Positions 10,861-20,462 of a DNA stretch of 64,000 nucleotides are shown piece after piece. The position numbers and the translations under genes were made by a program. The DNA lies in assembly GCA_965230295.1 (NCBI GenBank), contig OZ246001.1, positions 832,001-896,000 on the forward strand, given 5' to 3'. The notes under the pieces are model-generated. The model had not been told where the DNA came from, made no database searches, and saw nothing but the letters and a program-made list of their open reading frames with translations. The DNA comes from Marinicella sp. GTDB taxonomy: Bacteria; Pseudomonadota; Gammaproteobacteria; Xanthomonadales; Marinicellaceae. How positions within the stretch are numbered: the first letter of the stretch is position 1; every line of letters begins with the position of its first letter.

Positions 10861-11343
10861 TCAATCCGTGGGGCATTTAAAAACATCGAAATACCAGATG
10901 TTGATGATCAACTGATCTTTGATTTGATAAACAGACAGGCTGCACTGAGACTGCTTGTTACCTTCGGCATCTTGCCACAGAGCCCGCTCAACTTGATGGA
11001 TAAAAGTCCCATTTTGTGTTGAAGAAATCAACTCTGATCTGGCATGTGGCTTATTGTCAAAAAAGGGAGGTAAAAATGCTGCCAAGGCAGGCTTTCCGGA
11101 AGTTTCTGTATAAATGCTGTCATTGCTGATATACATATACCGGATATCAGCATGAACCCATTGCAACATACCAGTCACATCATGTCGGTTGTATGCATAG
11201 ACAAACTGCTCCGCAACATTCTGTTCAGTCAGTGCTTGAGGGTTCAATTGATCGGGTTTCCGGTCTACACCGTGACAACTCAGTAATAACAAACAACCCA
11301 TGTATGTCAGGTACCTGAACATAAGATCAATCGGTGTATTCAA
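10861..11343 (-). CDS. NTF2/SnoaL-like lipoprotein
   Basis: Lipobox-like LLSC; FVYAYNRHDVTGMLQWVHADI opening and C-terminal VYQIKDQLIINIW. Start uncertain; overlaps the dolP stop. Confidence 0.7.
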   Translation of the reverse strand: MNTPIDLMFRYLTYMGCLLLLSCHGVDRKPDQLNPQALTEQNVAEQFVYAYNRHDVTGMLQWVHADIRYMYISNDSIYTETSGKPALAAFLPPFFDNKPHARSELISSTQNGTFIHQVERALWQDAEGNKQSQCSLSVYQIKDQLIINIWYFDVFKCPTD

Positions 11344-11917
11344 AAATCTTAACCACCCTTTCTACACCACGCAGGTGTCTGATCCGGTCCACCACCGCTT
11401 CAGCTTCTGCTCTGCTGACAATGCCCATGAGATAAACCTCTCTGTTGGCAGTGGTTATTTTCACCCTGGATGGGTTGAAGTCCGGCAAATCTATTTTTAG
11501 CAGCGAAGCTTTGGCTTTGGAACCGATGTAACTGTCTTTGGTGCGACGACCAAATTTTGATATATCAGCGACCAGTTTCAATTCATTGACCACATTGATC
11601 ACACCATCCTTGATGGCAGCAGCATCTTCTGCCTTGATGCGGTCATCATCGGTTTTCACTTCACCGGCTAACAACACCACCCCATTGTAGGAATCAACTT
11701 TGATGCGACTGTCATCAGCCAAAGACTTGCGCAACTCATTTTTCACGCTGGCAGTGATGATTTTGTCATCCATGACTTGACCTGCCGAGCGCCTGTCGTT
11801 GGCCACATTGACCCCAGTTACGAGGGCACCACCCACAATGACCGGTACACAGGCAGACAATCCACCTGCCAACAGCGTAATCAAGAACAAGGTTTTCAAT
11901 ATCGATAAGTGCTTCAT
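11327..11917 (-). CDS. dolP: Double-BON-domain lipoprotein DolP/YraP
   Basis: Lipobox LSAC, DRRSAGQVMDD, two BON repeats (VLLAGEV; VYLMGIV); syntenic with lpoA-yraN. Confidence 0.9.
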   Translation of the reverse strand: MKHLSILKTLFLITLLAGGLSACVPVIVGGALVTGVNVANDRRSAGQVMDDKIITASVKNELRKSLADDSRIKVDSYNGVVLLAGEVKTDDDRIKAEDAAAIKDGVINVVNELKLVADISKFGRRTKDSYIGSKAKASLLKIDLPDFNPSRVKITTANREVYLMGIVSRAEAEAVVDRIRHLRGVERVVKIFEYTD

Positions 11918-11981
11918 TATGATTCCTCAATAAAAATTTGTTGTTAAGTCAATTTCACAGACTGTTTGGCAGCCATTTAAT

Positions 11982-12344
11982 TCAATAAAACGCATGCTTG
12001 ATCCAGTCTATTTTCTGGTGACCAACAGTGTTTTCTATGGTCACCACATCAAACCTACAGTCCACTTGATCTGACAGTTTATTAACCTGTAAATACTGTT
12101 TGGCTGCTTTTTTTATTTTCAGTTGTTTTTGCATGGTGACTGACTCAGCGGCTTGCGCCCATTCTGATGCTGATCGGTATTTTACCTCAACAAATACCAC
12201 ACAGTGTTCATGACGCATGATTAAGTCAATTTCTCCGGCTTTGGTTGAATAGTTTTTACTGAGTAACTTCAACCCGTGTTTTCTTAAAAAGTCAGCCGCT
12301 TTGTGTTCAGCCCACTGCCCAGAATTCAAGGGCTTTGACTTCAA
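11982..12344 (-). CDS. yraN: YraN family protein
   Basis: GQWAE...NY...GEIDLIM...VFVEVKYR...CRFDVV. Start uncertain; TTG at 12344 chosen to avoid overlap with lpoA. Confidence 0.9.
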   Translation of the reverse strand: MKSKPLNSGQWAEHKAADFLRKHGLKLLSKNYSTKAGEIDLIMRHEHCVVFVEVKYRSASEWAQAAESVTMQKQLKIKKAAKQYLQVNKLSDQVDCRFDVVTIENTVGHQKIDWIKHAFY

Positions 12345-12367
12345 TAAATAAATCTTGCTCTTCGTTC

Positions 12368-14131
12368 TCAATGCGGCAAGGCAATGACTGATCCATCCGA
12401 ATACTGAGCCCACTCCAATCCCCTTTTGAACTGTCCATCAAATGCCAAACTGACTGTACCTGATAACCCATCAATAATACCGGTATTAACCCGACTCATC
12501 CACTCCAACCTGGCTATCAACTGGTAGGCATCATAACCAAATGCAAATAACTTGTTATTGGCTTTGATGAGGTTTAAATCATAAGGCAATGTTTCTCTTA
12601 ATCGACTTGATTGCAGCTGGATGGGACTCAAGGCAAACATGAGATTCTGTAAATCCCTGTTGTGTTGCTCATTATCTAAACCATCAAATACATGAGAGGT
12701 CGCATAGACTGGAATCTCTGCAGCATGATGAAATTTGAGCTGTGGTACCATCAATCGGGCAAATGCAGGTCTGGCCGCCAAGAAGATGGCATCCACATCT
12801 GACCTCACCACTTCATCAGCTTGTAAATTTAATTTCAGGAACTGTTGGAGGTTTCTGGCCCTTAACTGGCTTTCCACCAGACCCAAAGTTTGTCTCAGCT
12901 GTGCCGAATAATCATTCTGCTGAGGTTGAAAGTAACTGTTGCTGACGATTTGTCCACCCAAATCAACAAACCTTTGAGCAAAGGCTTTGGTCATTCGTTC
13001 ACCCCAGTCTTCATTAGGCGCCATGATCAATACACGTTTGTGACCATCTTGTATCATCCTTTCAGCCACTTGTTCTGCCTCACCTTCAGGTGACAAAGTG
13101 AATTGGAAATAAGGAGCTTCCGATTGATTGAGCAAAACCACTGGAATGGTGGCTTCGGGCATGGATGCTGCTGCTGTAATTGATGCTTTGTCCAAAGGAC
13201 CTATGATCATATCAGCACCATTTTCTTGAGCCGAGTACCAAGCACTGGCCAGCCCTTCTCCTTGACTGCCGGTGTCATAAAATTCAAGTTTATTCTGATT
13301 CCCCGCATCAACTACTGAAGCCGTAAGCAAACCTTTCTGAATGGCCTTGGCCACTTCTGAGAAGCGACCTGAAAACGGCAACAAAACAGCCACCACTTGC
13401 TGAGAGTTGACCTGATTTAAATCCAGAAAATACCTGGCTGCAGGGTGATCCGGCCATTGCAACAACCAATTATCACCTGAAATGCCATCGGCTCCGAAAT
13501 TAACATAAGCGGCTTCAATCCACCCTTGTTCCACCAACCCATATTCAGGATTACCCACAGCTAAAATCAACTCATCGTCATTGATTTGAATTAAACTTTT
13601 CACAATCTGGTCATGTAACAATTCTCGAGCCATCTGATCTTCAATCAAAGGCTCACTGGCAATCAAGGCCAATGTGGCTTGTAGGTGCTGACCCGAGCTG
13701 GACAAACAGTTGGCTTTTAAGCCCCAAAACCTGGGTAGCCAAACATCGCTCAGATATTCGGCATCACCTGTGTGCAAGAGATTCAGTGCTGTTTCGCATT
13801 GCTTGTCTGCCAGAGCCAATTCTGCCTGTATCAAACGTGTTTCTGCGGTCGAAATTTCAGTTTCATTCAACAGTTGCCATATTTGCAAAACCTCACCCAA
13901 TTGGCGCCATGAATCTAACAAGGCAATCAGTATTTCACTGTCTGCAGGATTTCTTTCCCATGCCTGTGTTAACCAATTGCTCGCTTCAAAATACTTTTGT
14001 TGCTGATACAGATCAATGCCATTGCGTTTGGCAATGTCATCATCCTTCCTGATTTGGGTCCCTGAGCCACATGCCACCAAGATTAACACCAAACTGACAA
14101 ATAGCAGGGTCATTCGAATTTTATTTAACAT
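12368..14131 (-). CDS. lpoA: Penicillin-binding protein activator LpoA
   Basis: Lipobox LVAC, TPR-like N-terminus, VAVLLPFSG, IIGPLDK, LFAFGYDAY; divergent from rsmI. Confidence 0.9.
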   Translation of the reverse strand: MLNKIRMTLLFVSLVLILVACGSGTQIRKDDDIAKRNGIDLYQQQKYFEASNWLTQAWERNPADSEILIALLDSWRQLGEVLQIWQLLNETEISTAETRLIQAELALADKQCETALNLLHTGDAEYLSDVWLPRFWGLKANCLSSSGQHLQATLALIASEPLIEDQMARELLHDQIVKSLIQINDDELILAVGNPEYGLVEQGWIEAAYVNFGADGISGDNWLLQWPDHPAARYFLDLNQVNSQQVVAVLLPFSGRFSEVAKAIQKGLLTASVVDAGNQNKLEFYDTGSQGEGLASAWYSAQENGADMIIGPLDKASITAAASMPEATIPVVLLNQSEAPYFQFTLSPEGEAEQVAERMIQDGHKRVLIMAPNEDWGERMTKAFAQRFVDLGGQIVSNSYFQPQQNDYSAQLRQTLGLVESQLRARNLQQFLKLNLQADEVVRSDVDAIFLAARPAFARLMVPQLKFHHAAEIPVYATSHVFDGLDNEQHNRDLQNLMFALSPIQLQSSRLRETLPYDLNLIKANNKLFAFGYDAYQLIARLEWMSRVNTGIIDGLSGTVSLAFDGQFKRGLEWAQYSDGSVIALPH

Positions 14132-14171
14132 GGTTAGGATTTTACCTCAGAAAACATTAAAATACTGTTCG

Positions 14172-15026
14172 ATGAATCATTCTTCTAAAAACGAAGTTGG
14201 CACTTTATATGTTGTGGCCACGCCTATTGGAAACCTCAAAGACATCACCTTCAGAGCCATTGAAGTACTCAAGTCTTGTGATTTGGTGGCTTGTGAGGAC
14301 ACCCGACACAGCCAACGTTTGTTTCAAGCCCATGACATTCGCAGTAAAACCAAGTCACTGCATCAACACAATGAAAACAGTGACTCAAGAAAAATCATCG
14401 ATTTAATCCTACAAGGTCAAAATATAGCTTTGGTTTCAGATGCCGGAACACCACTGATCAGCGACCCGGGATTTCCATTGGTTAAATTGGCACACCAGCA
14501 CGGCATTTCTGTGGTTCCTATTCCTGGTCCGTCTGCCATGGTTGCTTTGATGTCTGTTGCTGCCATGAACACCCAACCTTTCACATTTCATGGTTTTTTG
14601 CCACCCAAGTCACAACAACGGCTGCATGTTCTGGAAAGCTGGTTACCGCTGAACACCACCCATGCTTTCTATGAATCCTCACACCGGATTGTTAATACTG
14701 TTGATCAAATTGTGACTGTATTCGGTCCCCAAGCAGAAGTGGCCATGGGCCGAGAATTAACGAAAAAATTTGAACAGGTGTTCAGAGGAACAGCACAAGA
14801 ACTACAATGCCTCATCAATGAGGATAAAAACCAACAAAAAGGTGAATTTGTATTGGCCGTTCAGGGCGAATCTAAAGAAACCACTGAACAGTTAACCGCC
14901 AATCAAATAAAATTGGCCAACAACTTAAAGCAACATTTGCCCCCCAAAGTGGCGGCCAAGGTCGTCGCTGATCAATTTGGCATCAACAAAAAACTGGTTT
15001 ATGAATTCATGATAAAGCAAGGATGA
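14172..15026 (+). CDS. rsmI: 16S rRNA (cytidine1402-2'-O)-methyltransferase
   Basis: GTLYVVATPIGNL, ACEDTR, SDAGTPLISDPG, RELTKKFE. Start reassigned to ATG 14172. Confidence 0.96.
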   Translation: MNHSSKNEVGTLYVVATPIGNLKDITFRAIEVLKSCDLVACEDTRHSQRLFQAHDIRSKTKSLHQHNENSDSRKIIDLILQGQNIALVSDAGTPLISDPGFPLVKLAHQHGISVVPIPGPSAMVALMSVAAMNTQPFTFHGFLPPKSQQRLHVLESWLPLNTTHAFYESSHRIVNTVDQIVTVFGPQAEVAMGRELTKKFEQVFRGTAQELQCLINEDKNQQKGEFVLAVQGESKETTEQLTANQIKLANNLKQHLPPKVAAKVVADQFGINKKLVYEFMIKQG

Positions 15027-15813
15027 ATTTAACCAATGCAGCCTCCCAACTTGGCCGATGTTGCTTAAAATACCTAAGCATCCCTTGCTTTTTCCAAACT
15101 TTGATCTGTTTGGGCAATTGTTTTGATTGGCCTTTGAGGTGTACCACTTCAACCGAAGGGTCATATAAGACATGCCCCCCGTCTTTTTGCAACCTGACGA
15201 ACAAGTCCAAATCTTCAAAGTGCAAAGGATAGCTTTCATCAAACCCTTTTATCTGTTCAAAAGCGGTTCTTTTCACCAATAAACAGGCACCATTGACTGC
15301 AGTCACTTTTATTATCCCTGCAAATTGTCCCGTATCATTGATGTTAATGCCTTGAAACCAAGACCATCGACTCAGTCCGGTCACATGAAACACGACCCGC
15401 CAGAAAGTCGGTAGCCGGCGCCTGGACGCGGCTTGCAAACCACCGTCTTCATTCAACACTCGACAGCCTATCAGGGCAGCCTTGGCATCATTTTTTAAAT
15501 TTTCAGACAACTTCTGCAGTTGTTGAACAGTCACAAAACAATCAGGATTGATTACCGCGATGAACTCAGCCTTCCCTTGCTTTGCACCCTGATTACAGGC
15601 CTTGGCAAAACCTAGATTCTCAGCATTTTTGATGATTGAGAGCGGCAAGTCCGACGGTAAATCTGCCATCGAGTCATCCACCGAAGCATTGTCAACCACC
15701 GAAATATTCAAACCTTCAGAACCGCCTTTCTGAAGGGTCTTCAGGCATTGGCCCAAGGCCTCACCCGAGTTGTGGTTCACCAAAATAACATCGATAGCAG
15801 GTATGGGGTTCAT
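15007..15813 (-). CDS. Glycosyltransferase family 2 (WbbL/RfbF-like)
   Basis: VVDNASVD, NLGFAKACNQG, INPD, GACLL, FEDLDL. ATGA overlap with the upstream gene; converges on and overlaps rsmI by 20 nt. Confidence 0.9.
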   Translation of the reverse strand: MNPIPAIDVILVNHNSGEALGQCLKTLQKGGSEGLNISVVDNASVDDSMADLPSDLPLSIIKNAENLGFAKACNQGAKQGKAEFIAVINPDCFVTVQQLQKLSENLKNDAKAALIGCRVLNEDGGLQAASRRRLPTFWRVVFHVTGLSRWSWFQGININDTGQFAGIIKVTAVNGACLLVKRTAFEQIKGFDESYPLHFEDLDLFVRLQKDGGHVLYDPSVEVVHLKGQSKQLPKQIKVWKKQGMLRYFKQHRPSWEAALVKFILALS

Positions 15814-17612
15814 TGTCCCAAACAAAATGCCCACAGTTTAGGCCACACTTCCATGGCTTCCACCACTTCTTTCAAGTCATGACGCGCTTTGGCTACACAT
15901 GATGCTGTATCCATGGTCTCATCCCAGTCTGTCAGAACAGGTGCTTGTGCAGATTTAACGGCCTTACCATTGGCTTGAATGATTTCACGCACATCGGCTT
16001 GCCAGTAAATCGGCGCATCAGGTACTTCATCAAGGATATTTTGTAATGACAACACCAGATTTGAACGGGTTTTGGTCATGTACTCATTCAAACGATTGGC
16101 CAAAGCCTGGTCTTCACAGGTACGCAAGTCATCTATGGCTGCCTTGATGTTTTCAAAACGTGCATTCACATCCAAGGTATAAATGTTGCCCAAAATTGAA
16201 AAAACATAATCCGCCACGAAGTTATTGAAGTTGGGCCTTCTTGCAATGTGATTAAAACCACTTCTTTCACGTTTACTGGTTTGGATGTGCCCCATCATCA
16301 ACGGAAAATGCAGTGAAACCTGATTGGGGTAACAACCCATCATCATGCAATTGAAAAAATGATCCTCATTTTTATTGATAGGCATCACAAATGGTGTCAA
16401 AGTACTGTTATCAAGACCCGATGGTGCGAAATTAGAAAAAGCCAAGGCTTGATAATGGGGAGAGTAGTGTAATAAATGTGACGCTTCAATGTTATCTAAA
16501 TAAGTTTCCCTGTCCTGCCAAAAAGCTTCACGCTGTTCTCCTTTGAGCAAGTACAGCCAATAATTACTTTCCGCTCTTGGGCTGCCCCATGTACCATTGC
16601 CAGTAGATTTGATGATCGAATCTTCACTTAAACGATTTAAATCCATCAAACGCCATCCATATAAATTGGAAGTGGTCTTATCTTCGCCCTCAGCCAACCA
16701 TTGTCCAAAGTGAATACCACATGCATCAACCATCTCTTGCAGTACATTTGTTTCTATCTTTTGACTCTTGTCCTTGATGTCCCTGATGTTCAAACCAAAC
16801 CCCACATCCAATGTGGCATCATCAGCCAAATCAACATTCAAAGGGTCATAATGTGCTGATTTACGTGGTTGAATCAAATAATCATCATCGAAGAATGTGA
16901 ACTTTTTACCTGCCAATGCCAACAAGGCAAAATTCCATACCCGGCCTCCGGTAAAGCCAGCTTGTTCGCTTAACAACCAATCAATTTCTTTGTGATGTTC
17001 AGTGAATTCATTTTTCAACATCGCAATGAATTGATTTTGCCATGACTGACCATGGTATTTGACATTGCACTTGGCATCCTGACAAATCTTTTGATTGGCT
17101 TCTTGTGATTTGATGTCTGAAGAATCATCAAAAACCAAAATGGTGTCATTGCCACCATGGTTCTGGAAATACTGGCTACATGAATCCAGCAACCGTTGTA
17201 AATTATCCGGTCTTTGACAAGTCCTGATCACCATACCTGCGTGTTGGATGTCTCGCTTGGGCGCATGTTTGTCTTTCACTTGATCAAGCCATTGTTGATC
17301 ACTGATCAACAATCCTTTATTTTGCAGAAAGCCCAGAACCTTTTCGATGGCTGCAGACTGACCTTTTAACTCAGGTATGTTGGCTTCAATCAACTGAATA
17401 TGCTCATGCATGGGTTTGAATTGTTGTGTCAGACCCATGGCTTGTAGTACTTGCATGGTCATCACATGATTGACACCAGTCCCATGGTCCATGAAAACCA
17501 GTTCCTCTTTTGACAGTTGTTGTACAGTGCCTGCTACTGACGCATATAAGGTCGGATCCACAGGTGCAGGTGTACTGATCTTCTGTTCGCCAAAATTAAA
17601 TTCAAATTCCAT
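15810..17612 (-). CDS. Hypothetical 600-aa cytoplasmic protein: putative RRE/PqqD-like N-terminal domain plus GT-A-fold glycosyltransferase-like domain
   Basis: GGAG RBS before ATG 17612. GT-A-like motifs RTCQRPDNLQRLLDS, ILVFDDS and GRVWNFALLALAGKKFTFFDDD. N-terminus ends LGFLQNKGLL. Confidence 0.6.
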   Translation of the reverse strand: MEFEFNFGEQKISTPAPVDPTLYASVAGTVQQLSKEELVFMDHGTGVNHVMTMQVLQAMGLTQQFKPMHEHIQLIEANIPELKGQSAAIEKVLGFLQNKGLLISDQQWLDQVKDKHAPKRDIQHAGMVIRTCQRPDNLQRLLDSCSQYFQNHGGNDTILVFDDSSDIKSQEANQKICQDAKCNVKYHGQSWQNQFIAMLKNEFTEHHKEIDWLLSEQAGFTGGRVWNFALLALAGKKFTFFDDDYLIQPRKSAHYDPLNVDLADDATLDVGFGLNIRDIKDKSQKIETNVLQEMVDACGIHFGQWLAEGEDKTTSNLYGWRLMDLNRLSEDSIIKSTGNGTWGSPRAESNYWLYLLKGEQREAFWQDRETYLDNIEASHLLHYSPHYQALAFSNFAPSGLDNSTLTPFVMPINKNEDHFFNCMMMGCYPNQVSLHFPLMMGHIQTSKRERSGFNHIARRPNFNNFVADYVFSILGNIYTLDVNARFENIKAAIDDLRTCEDQALANRLNEYMTKTRSNLVLSLQNILDEVPDAPIYWQADVREIIQANGKAVKSAQAPVLTDWDETMDTASCVAKARHDLKEVVEAMEVWPKLWAFCLGQ

Positions 17613-17614
17613 TG

Positions 17615-18487
17615 TTACTCCTTTCCAAACCACTTGATACAGCGGCCGATGATGGGATGTTTCAACCAAGTACGTTGTTTATCTATTAATGCCTCACAAT
17701 CTTTTTCAGCTTTGATGTGGGCCCGAATGACCGCGTTATAATGGCCATAAATTTGTTCAGATTGTTCAGAGAAGTGATAAAAATCTTTCTTGATCTCGGG
17801 ATCAATGGGCTGATCACTGGCAGCCACAATAAAGTAGACAGGGTTAAATTCAGGTCGGTCACTCAAACTGTTGTCTTGTTTCATACAGTCATATTGAACC
17901 TTATGGATGGGCCCATCTAACTGCCATATAGCCGATGAAAACATCAGTTTTTGCCCAAACCAGGCTGAATGCTCAAAAGATTGATCAATCAATTCCGCAA
18001 ACTCATTTTTGTACAGTTCCTTAACATGGTATTCGTTGTTAAAACCCGTTTTGTCTGAATACTCTTGTTTATCAGGTGTGGAAATCAATAACACACCATC
18101 AGGCTTGAGCACCCTTTTAAACTCTTTAACCAACTCGTCATGTTCAGCCAAATGCTCAAGGGTTTCAAATGAAACCACCACATCAAAGCTGTTTGTAGGA
18201 AAGTCCAATTTTAAGACATCACAAGCAACATATTTTAAATTGCTTTTGCGATAGGTCTGACTGGCATGGTTGATGGTTTGGTCTGAAATATCTACACCGG
18301 TCACTGATTTGGCTTTTTGCGCCAACACATGACTGCCATATCCTTCTCCACATGCGGCATCCAAAACATCTTTGTCTTTGACCCAACTTTGAGCCATGGT
18401 ATAGCGATGGTAATGCTCATACCATATTTCTCTTTCGCAATTGGGCAGGAATCGTTCTCCCGTAAATAACAAGCCTTCTTCAGACAT
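17615..18487 (-). CDS. Class I SAM-dependent methyltransferase (glycan-capping type)
   Basis: FTGERFLP, EHYHRY, VLDAACGEGYG, FETLEH, ISTPD, YHVKEL. Confidence 0.88.
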   Translation of the reverse strand: MSEEGLLFTGERFLPNCEREIWYEHYHRYTMAQSWVKDKDVLDAACGEGYGSHVLAQKAKSVTGVDISDQTINHASQTYRKSNLKYVACDVLKLDFPTNSFDVVVSFETLEHLAEHDELVKEFKRVLKPDGVLLISTPDKQEYSDKTGFNNEYHVKELYKNEFAELIDQSFEHSAWFGQKLMFSSAIWQLDGPIHKVQYDCMKQDNSLSDRPEFNPVYFIVAASDQPIDPEIKKDFYHFSEQSEQIYGHYNAVIRAHIKAEKDCEALIDKQRTWLKHPIIGRCIKWFGKE

Positions 18488-18499
18488 GCATCACCTGAT

Positions 18500-19300
18500 T
18501 CAAAAAGCAGCTATTTTATCAACGATTGATTGTCTTAACTGCTTTAACGGGTCATTTTCGATGAATTTTTGCACCAGATGTAAATATTCCGGATGTTTTT
18601 CTAACAGGCGATCCATGGTATCCTGACTGGGTTTGAGTGACCGCTCTTTGAATGACTGGTTTCCTACATGTGCGACATAACAGTCATCCACCAAAACATT
18701 GCGTAAACCTACAGACTTAACCCGCAAAGAATAGTCATTTTCTTCACCATAGCCTAAACCAAACCTTTGCTCATCAAAGTACCCCGCTTGTGCTTTGGCA
18801 GCAGCAGTGATCAACATACAAAAACCAACGGCTGTTGGCAATTCAGGATACTGTGGCTGATGGTTTTCTGCCAATTGAACAGACAACACATCCAGTTGTT
18901 CAGGGATGGTGTTATTGTGTAATGTTTTTGGCAGCGAACATATTTCTGCATTGTTCGACCAAGGTGTGGCGGTACCCAAATTGCTCACATTTTTAATCAC
19001 TTCACGAAACCGATCCAGCCAACCTTCACTGACCAATGTATCGGAATTGAGTAAAACACTGTTTCCGGCATTCAGTTGAAGTCCCAAGTTGGCTGTTTTT
19101 ACGAAACCTAAATTTTGTGGGTTGTCTAACACCCTCCAATTGCTTGGCAAGTTGTCAAACAATGATTGAATTCTGCTGTCAGTGGATGCATCATTGATCA
19201 ACACCACATCATCATGGTTGTTGTGCCGCAATAATGTCTTGATCAGGTTACGTGTTGCTTCAAACGCGTTATAGATAGGAACTACGACTTGAATATCCAA
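18500..19300 (-). CDS. Glycosyltransferase family 2
   Basis: VVVPIYN, INDASTD, NLGFVKTANLG, LLNSD, GYGEENDYSLR; TTG start. Confidence 0.9.
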   Translation of the reverse strand: MDIQVVVPIYNAFEATRNLIKTLLRHNNHDDVVLINDASTDSRIQSLFDNLPSNWRVLDNPQNLGFVKTANLGLQLNAGNSVLLNSDTLVSEGWLDRFREVIKNVSNLGTATPWSNNAEICSLPKTLHNNTIPEQLDVLSVQLAENHQPQYPELPTAVGFCMLITAAAKAQAGYFDEQRFGLGYGEENDYSLRVKSVGLRNVLVDDCYVAHVGNQSFKERSLKPSQDTMDRLLEKHPEYLHLVQKFIENDPLKQLRQSIVDKIAAF

Positions 19301-19301
19301 A

Positions 19302-20462
19302 TTACTTCCAATGCATTTCTAACTGACTGGTACCCAATTCTCTGGTCTTACCAGTTACCCGTAAATCTTTTTCATAGGTATCAATCATTTGAATATTTTC
19401 CGGGGTCATGGCGTGAAATTTAAATTGATAAGAACCGGGTAAAAGTTTCAACTGAGGCATTTCTACTTCATAGACCAGCATGCCGTCATTATCTTTCTGC
19501 GGCGTTGTGTGGTTAAGTTCTGAGTAGGTACCGTAAACGGCTTTACCATCATGGGTTACGATACCGATACAAATCCCAGGTATTTCATCATCAGGAGAAA
19601 ATACCTTAACCGTTAGAGTGATGTCGCTGCCAAAGGCAACTTCGCTGCAGGGTTGTCCGTTTTGGCAAATGCTGGCCTCATGAATGTGGTATGTGGTGCG
19701 GTTGACAGATGCACCTGAAGGCATAACATTCGGGTCAGTGATGGAAGCTTGATAAGCTTGTGTAACCTTAAACACATCACCATATTCCTTGATCGCCCCA
19801 TGCTCTAACCACACGGCTTTTGTACACAATTTTTGAACATGATAAATACTGTGAGAAACCAACAGCAATGTTCCACCTTCGCTCAAATAGTCATCAATCC
19901 ATTTCAAACATTTCAATTGAAAACTTTCATCGCCAACTGCCAAGACCTCATCGGTAATCAACAAATCCGGTTTGGTTTGGGTGATGACGGAAAAACCCAG
20001 CCTGACAACCATGCCTGAAGAATAGTTTTTAACCGGTTCATTGATGTAATCACCAATGGCAGCAAATTCAATCATGTTATGAATTTTCTGCTCAGCATCT
20101 TTACCTGTCAATCCAGCCAGGGCAGATGCCATTTTCAAATTTTCCAAACCTGTATACTCAGGATCAAATCCTGAACCCAGCTCCAACAAGGCGCCAATAC
20201 CACCATTCACTTTGAAGTGACCTGAGGTGGGTTGAATCACATTAGACAATATTTTTAGGAGGGTACTCTTACCTGCCCCATTCTTACCTATGATGGCCAA
20301 AGATTCCCCTTGATCTACGGCTAAATTGATGTCTTTTAAGACATGTGCACCATGTTCATCTGAACGATTCAACAAGATGTTTAACATGCCCCTGACACGC
20401 TGCTTGTTGGTTGCAACATGCGGATAAAATTTATTTAAATTTTTTATTTCTATCAATTGCAT
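19302..20462 (-). CDS. wzt: Polysaccharide ABC exporter ATPase with C-terminal carbohydrate-binding (Wzt_C) domain
   Basis: GKNGAGKS, ELGSGF, YSSGM, DEVLAVGD, plus a beta-rich C-terminal extension. Confidence 0.93.
   Translation of the reverse strand: MQLIEIKNLNKFYPHVATNKQRVRGMLNILLNRSDEHGAHVLKDINLAVDQGESLAIIGKNGAGKSTLLKILSNVIQPTSGHFKVNGGIGALLELGSGFDPEYTGLENLKMASALAGLTGKDAEQKIHNMIEFAAIGDYINEPVKNYSSGMVVRLGFSVITQTKPDLLITDEVLAVGDESFQLKCLKWIDDYLSEGGTLLLVSHSIYHVQKLCTKAVWLEHGAIKEYGDVFKVTQAYQASITDPNVMPSGASVNRTTYHIHEASICQNGQPCSEVAFGSDITLTVKVFSPDDEIPGICIGIVTHDGKAVYGTYSELNHTTPQKDNDGMLVYEVEMPQLKLLPGSYQFKFHAMTPENIQMIDTYEKDLRVTGKTRELGTSQLEMHWK

Noticed and set aside
14016-14171. N-terminal extensions in the ORF track (rsmI, pepA, yraN, 17669, 23418, 24917, 55097)
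   Set aside because: Upstream starts overlap neighbouring genes or lack an RBS; downstream starts fit family N-termini and signal peptides.
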